Made by a program: the position numbers and the translations under genes
NCBI GenBank assembly: GCA_030265395.1
Contig: JARFYF010000051.1
Span: 36,981,445-37,045,444, forward strand
Direction: 5' to 3'
Source of the DNA: Rhina ancylostomus
Taxonomy: Eukaryota
Length of the DNA: 64,000 nt
Shown: in pieces, positions 62,655 through 64,000 of the stretch
How the letters are laid out: the number at the start of each line of letters is the position of its first letter
Position numbering within the stretch: position 1 is the stretch's first letter
The notes under the pieces: generated by a model
The model's database searches: none
What the model saw: only the letters and a program-made list of their open reading frames with translations
What the model was told of the DNA's origin: nothing

Positions 62655-63200
62655 ATATTATTGTCACATGTACGGAGGTACAGTGAAAAACTTGTTTTGC
62701 ATACCGTTCATATAGATCAACTCATTACACAGTACATTGAGTTTTTACAGGGCAAAAGCAACAACAGAATGCAGAATAAAGTGCAACAGCTACAGAGAAA
62801 GTGCAGTGCAGGCAGACAATAAGGTGCAAGGACATAACCAAGGTAGACTGTGAGGTCAAGAGACTATCTTGATGTACCAGGGGACCATTCAATAGTCTTA
62901 TAACAGTGGGATAGAAGCTGTCCTTGAGCCTGGTGGTACATGCTTTCAGGCTTTGTATCTTCTGCCCGATGGGATAGGGGAGAAGTGAGAATGTCAGAGG
63001 TGGGTGGCGTCTTTGATTATGCTGGCTGCTTTACCATGGCAGTGAGAAGTGTAGACAGAGTCCACTGAAGGGAGGCTGGTTTCTGTGATGTACTGAGCTG
63101 TGTCCACGACTCTCTGCAGTTTCTTGCGATTACCAAAAGAGCAGTTGCCATACCAAGCCGCTTTGCATCCAGATAAGATGCCTTCTATGGTGCATCAATA
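62655..63200 (-). mobile_element. Rex1/Babar-like LINE 3' end, antisense copy
   Basis: Reverse complement of the 470-845 family (ttattgtcacatgtac…gtctttgattatgctggctgcttt). Confidence 0.8.
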
Positions 63201-63229
63201 AATCTATGATGCATTGAATCAGTGAAAGG

Positions 63230-63900
63230 ATAAAACCAGGTCATCCAACCATTGAGCTTGACACTGAAGTATGGCATTGTCATTTCTAACTTGGTTGACT
63301 GCAGACAGACATCTCACAAACATTTCAGGATTGGCTCAATTTTGGGAGACCAGTACTACTCGAGCAATAGCCTGACAGCTTTTCAAACAGTATGATATTT
63401 TACAATGTGCCAAATGCCCCCATCACAATTCCTGGGTACATCCTGTCCCTTTGGCTAGACAGACACAGAGGTGGTGGTACAAGGAAAAGAAAGTGGCCCA
63501 GGGAGTCTGCGACATCTAATCCAGACCCCATGAAGCCTCACGGTATCAAGTCAGGGAAAAGGAAACCTCCTCTTGACTACAATCATCCTCTCTCAGCTGA
63601 TGAATCAGTGCCCATCCCTGTTGAACAACACTTGGAAGAATTACTGAAAGTAGCAAGGACATAAAATGTACTCTAGGTGGGAGACTTTGATGTCTATCAC
63701 CAGGAGTGGCTGGGTAGCACTGCACTGGAAAGACATGCTTGTCAGACTGGGTCTACGGCAGATACAAGGGATAAACCCAATTGATGGCTTCCACCCCAAT
63801 TACTCGTTCAGATACATTTGTGCACATAAACATTGGCAGAGCTGATCAAGACATAGGCTTTATGAACCCAAAGTCACGTCCACACATCAAGCGCTTCCCA
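63230..63900 (+). mobile_element. Decayed LINE endonuclease region (CR1/L2 group)
   Basis: …DRHRGGG… and GTGGGAGACTTTGATGTCTATCACCAGGAGTGGCTG = VGDFDVYHQEWL (APE GDFN motif). Confidence 0.55.
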
Positions 63901-64000
63901 CATTTTCTGATTTCATTTAAGGCTCCATGACAGGTCATTAACAAGGTTAAAAAGACTTACAGGATTCCTTCCTTTATTAATCAAGGCATAGAATACAAGA

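Overview
Eukaryotic (vertebrate) genomic DNA, most likely from a cartilaginous fish (elasmobranch), judged from HE1-type V-SINEs, abundant CR1/HER1-like LINEs, DeuSINEs and shark-type Penelope remnants. Two genes lie in tandem on the minus strand. The first is the 3' two-thirds of C2CD5 (CDP138/KIAA0528): 19 coding exons between 62162 and the stop at 13433. I checked that all are GT-AG bounded and phase-consistent, and three of them are symmetric cassette exons. About 7.5 kb downstream is coding exon 1 of ST8SIA1 (GD3 synthase, 4566-4747). The same gene order occurs in human. The rest is intron or intergenic sequence filled with decayed retroelements, several of them nested, plus two non-autonomous DNA transposons and many N gaps. 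Almost all ORFs in the supplied track are spurious. I found no solid evidence for a wholly new biological system. The most interesting signals are: minimal hammerhead-ribozyme motifs in Penelope terminal repeats; an in-frame 93-nt extension of one C2CD5 exon; candidate regulated micro and poison exons next to a cassette exon with a perfect TACTAAC branch point; a long intronic fold-back hairpin; and two direct repeats that each bracket a single exon. Protein identities come from my recall of the human sequences, not from a database search.
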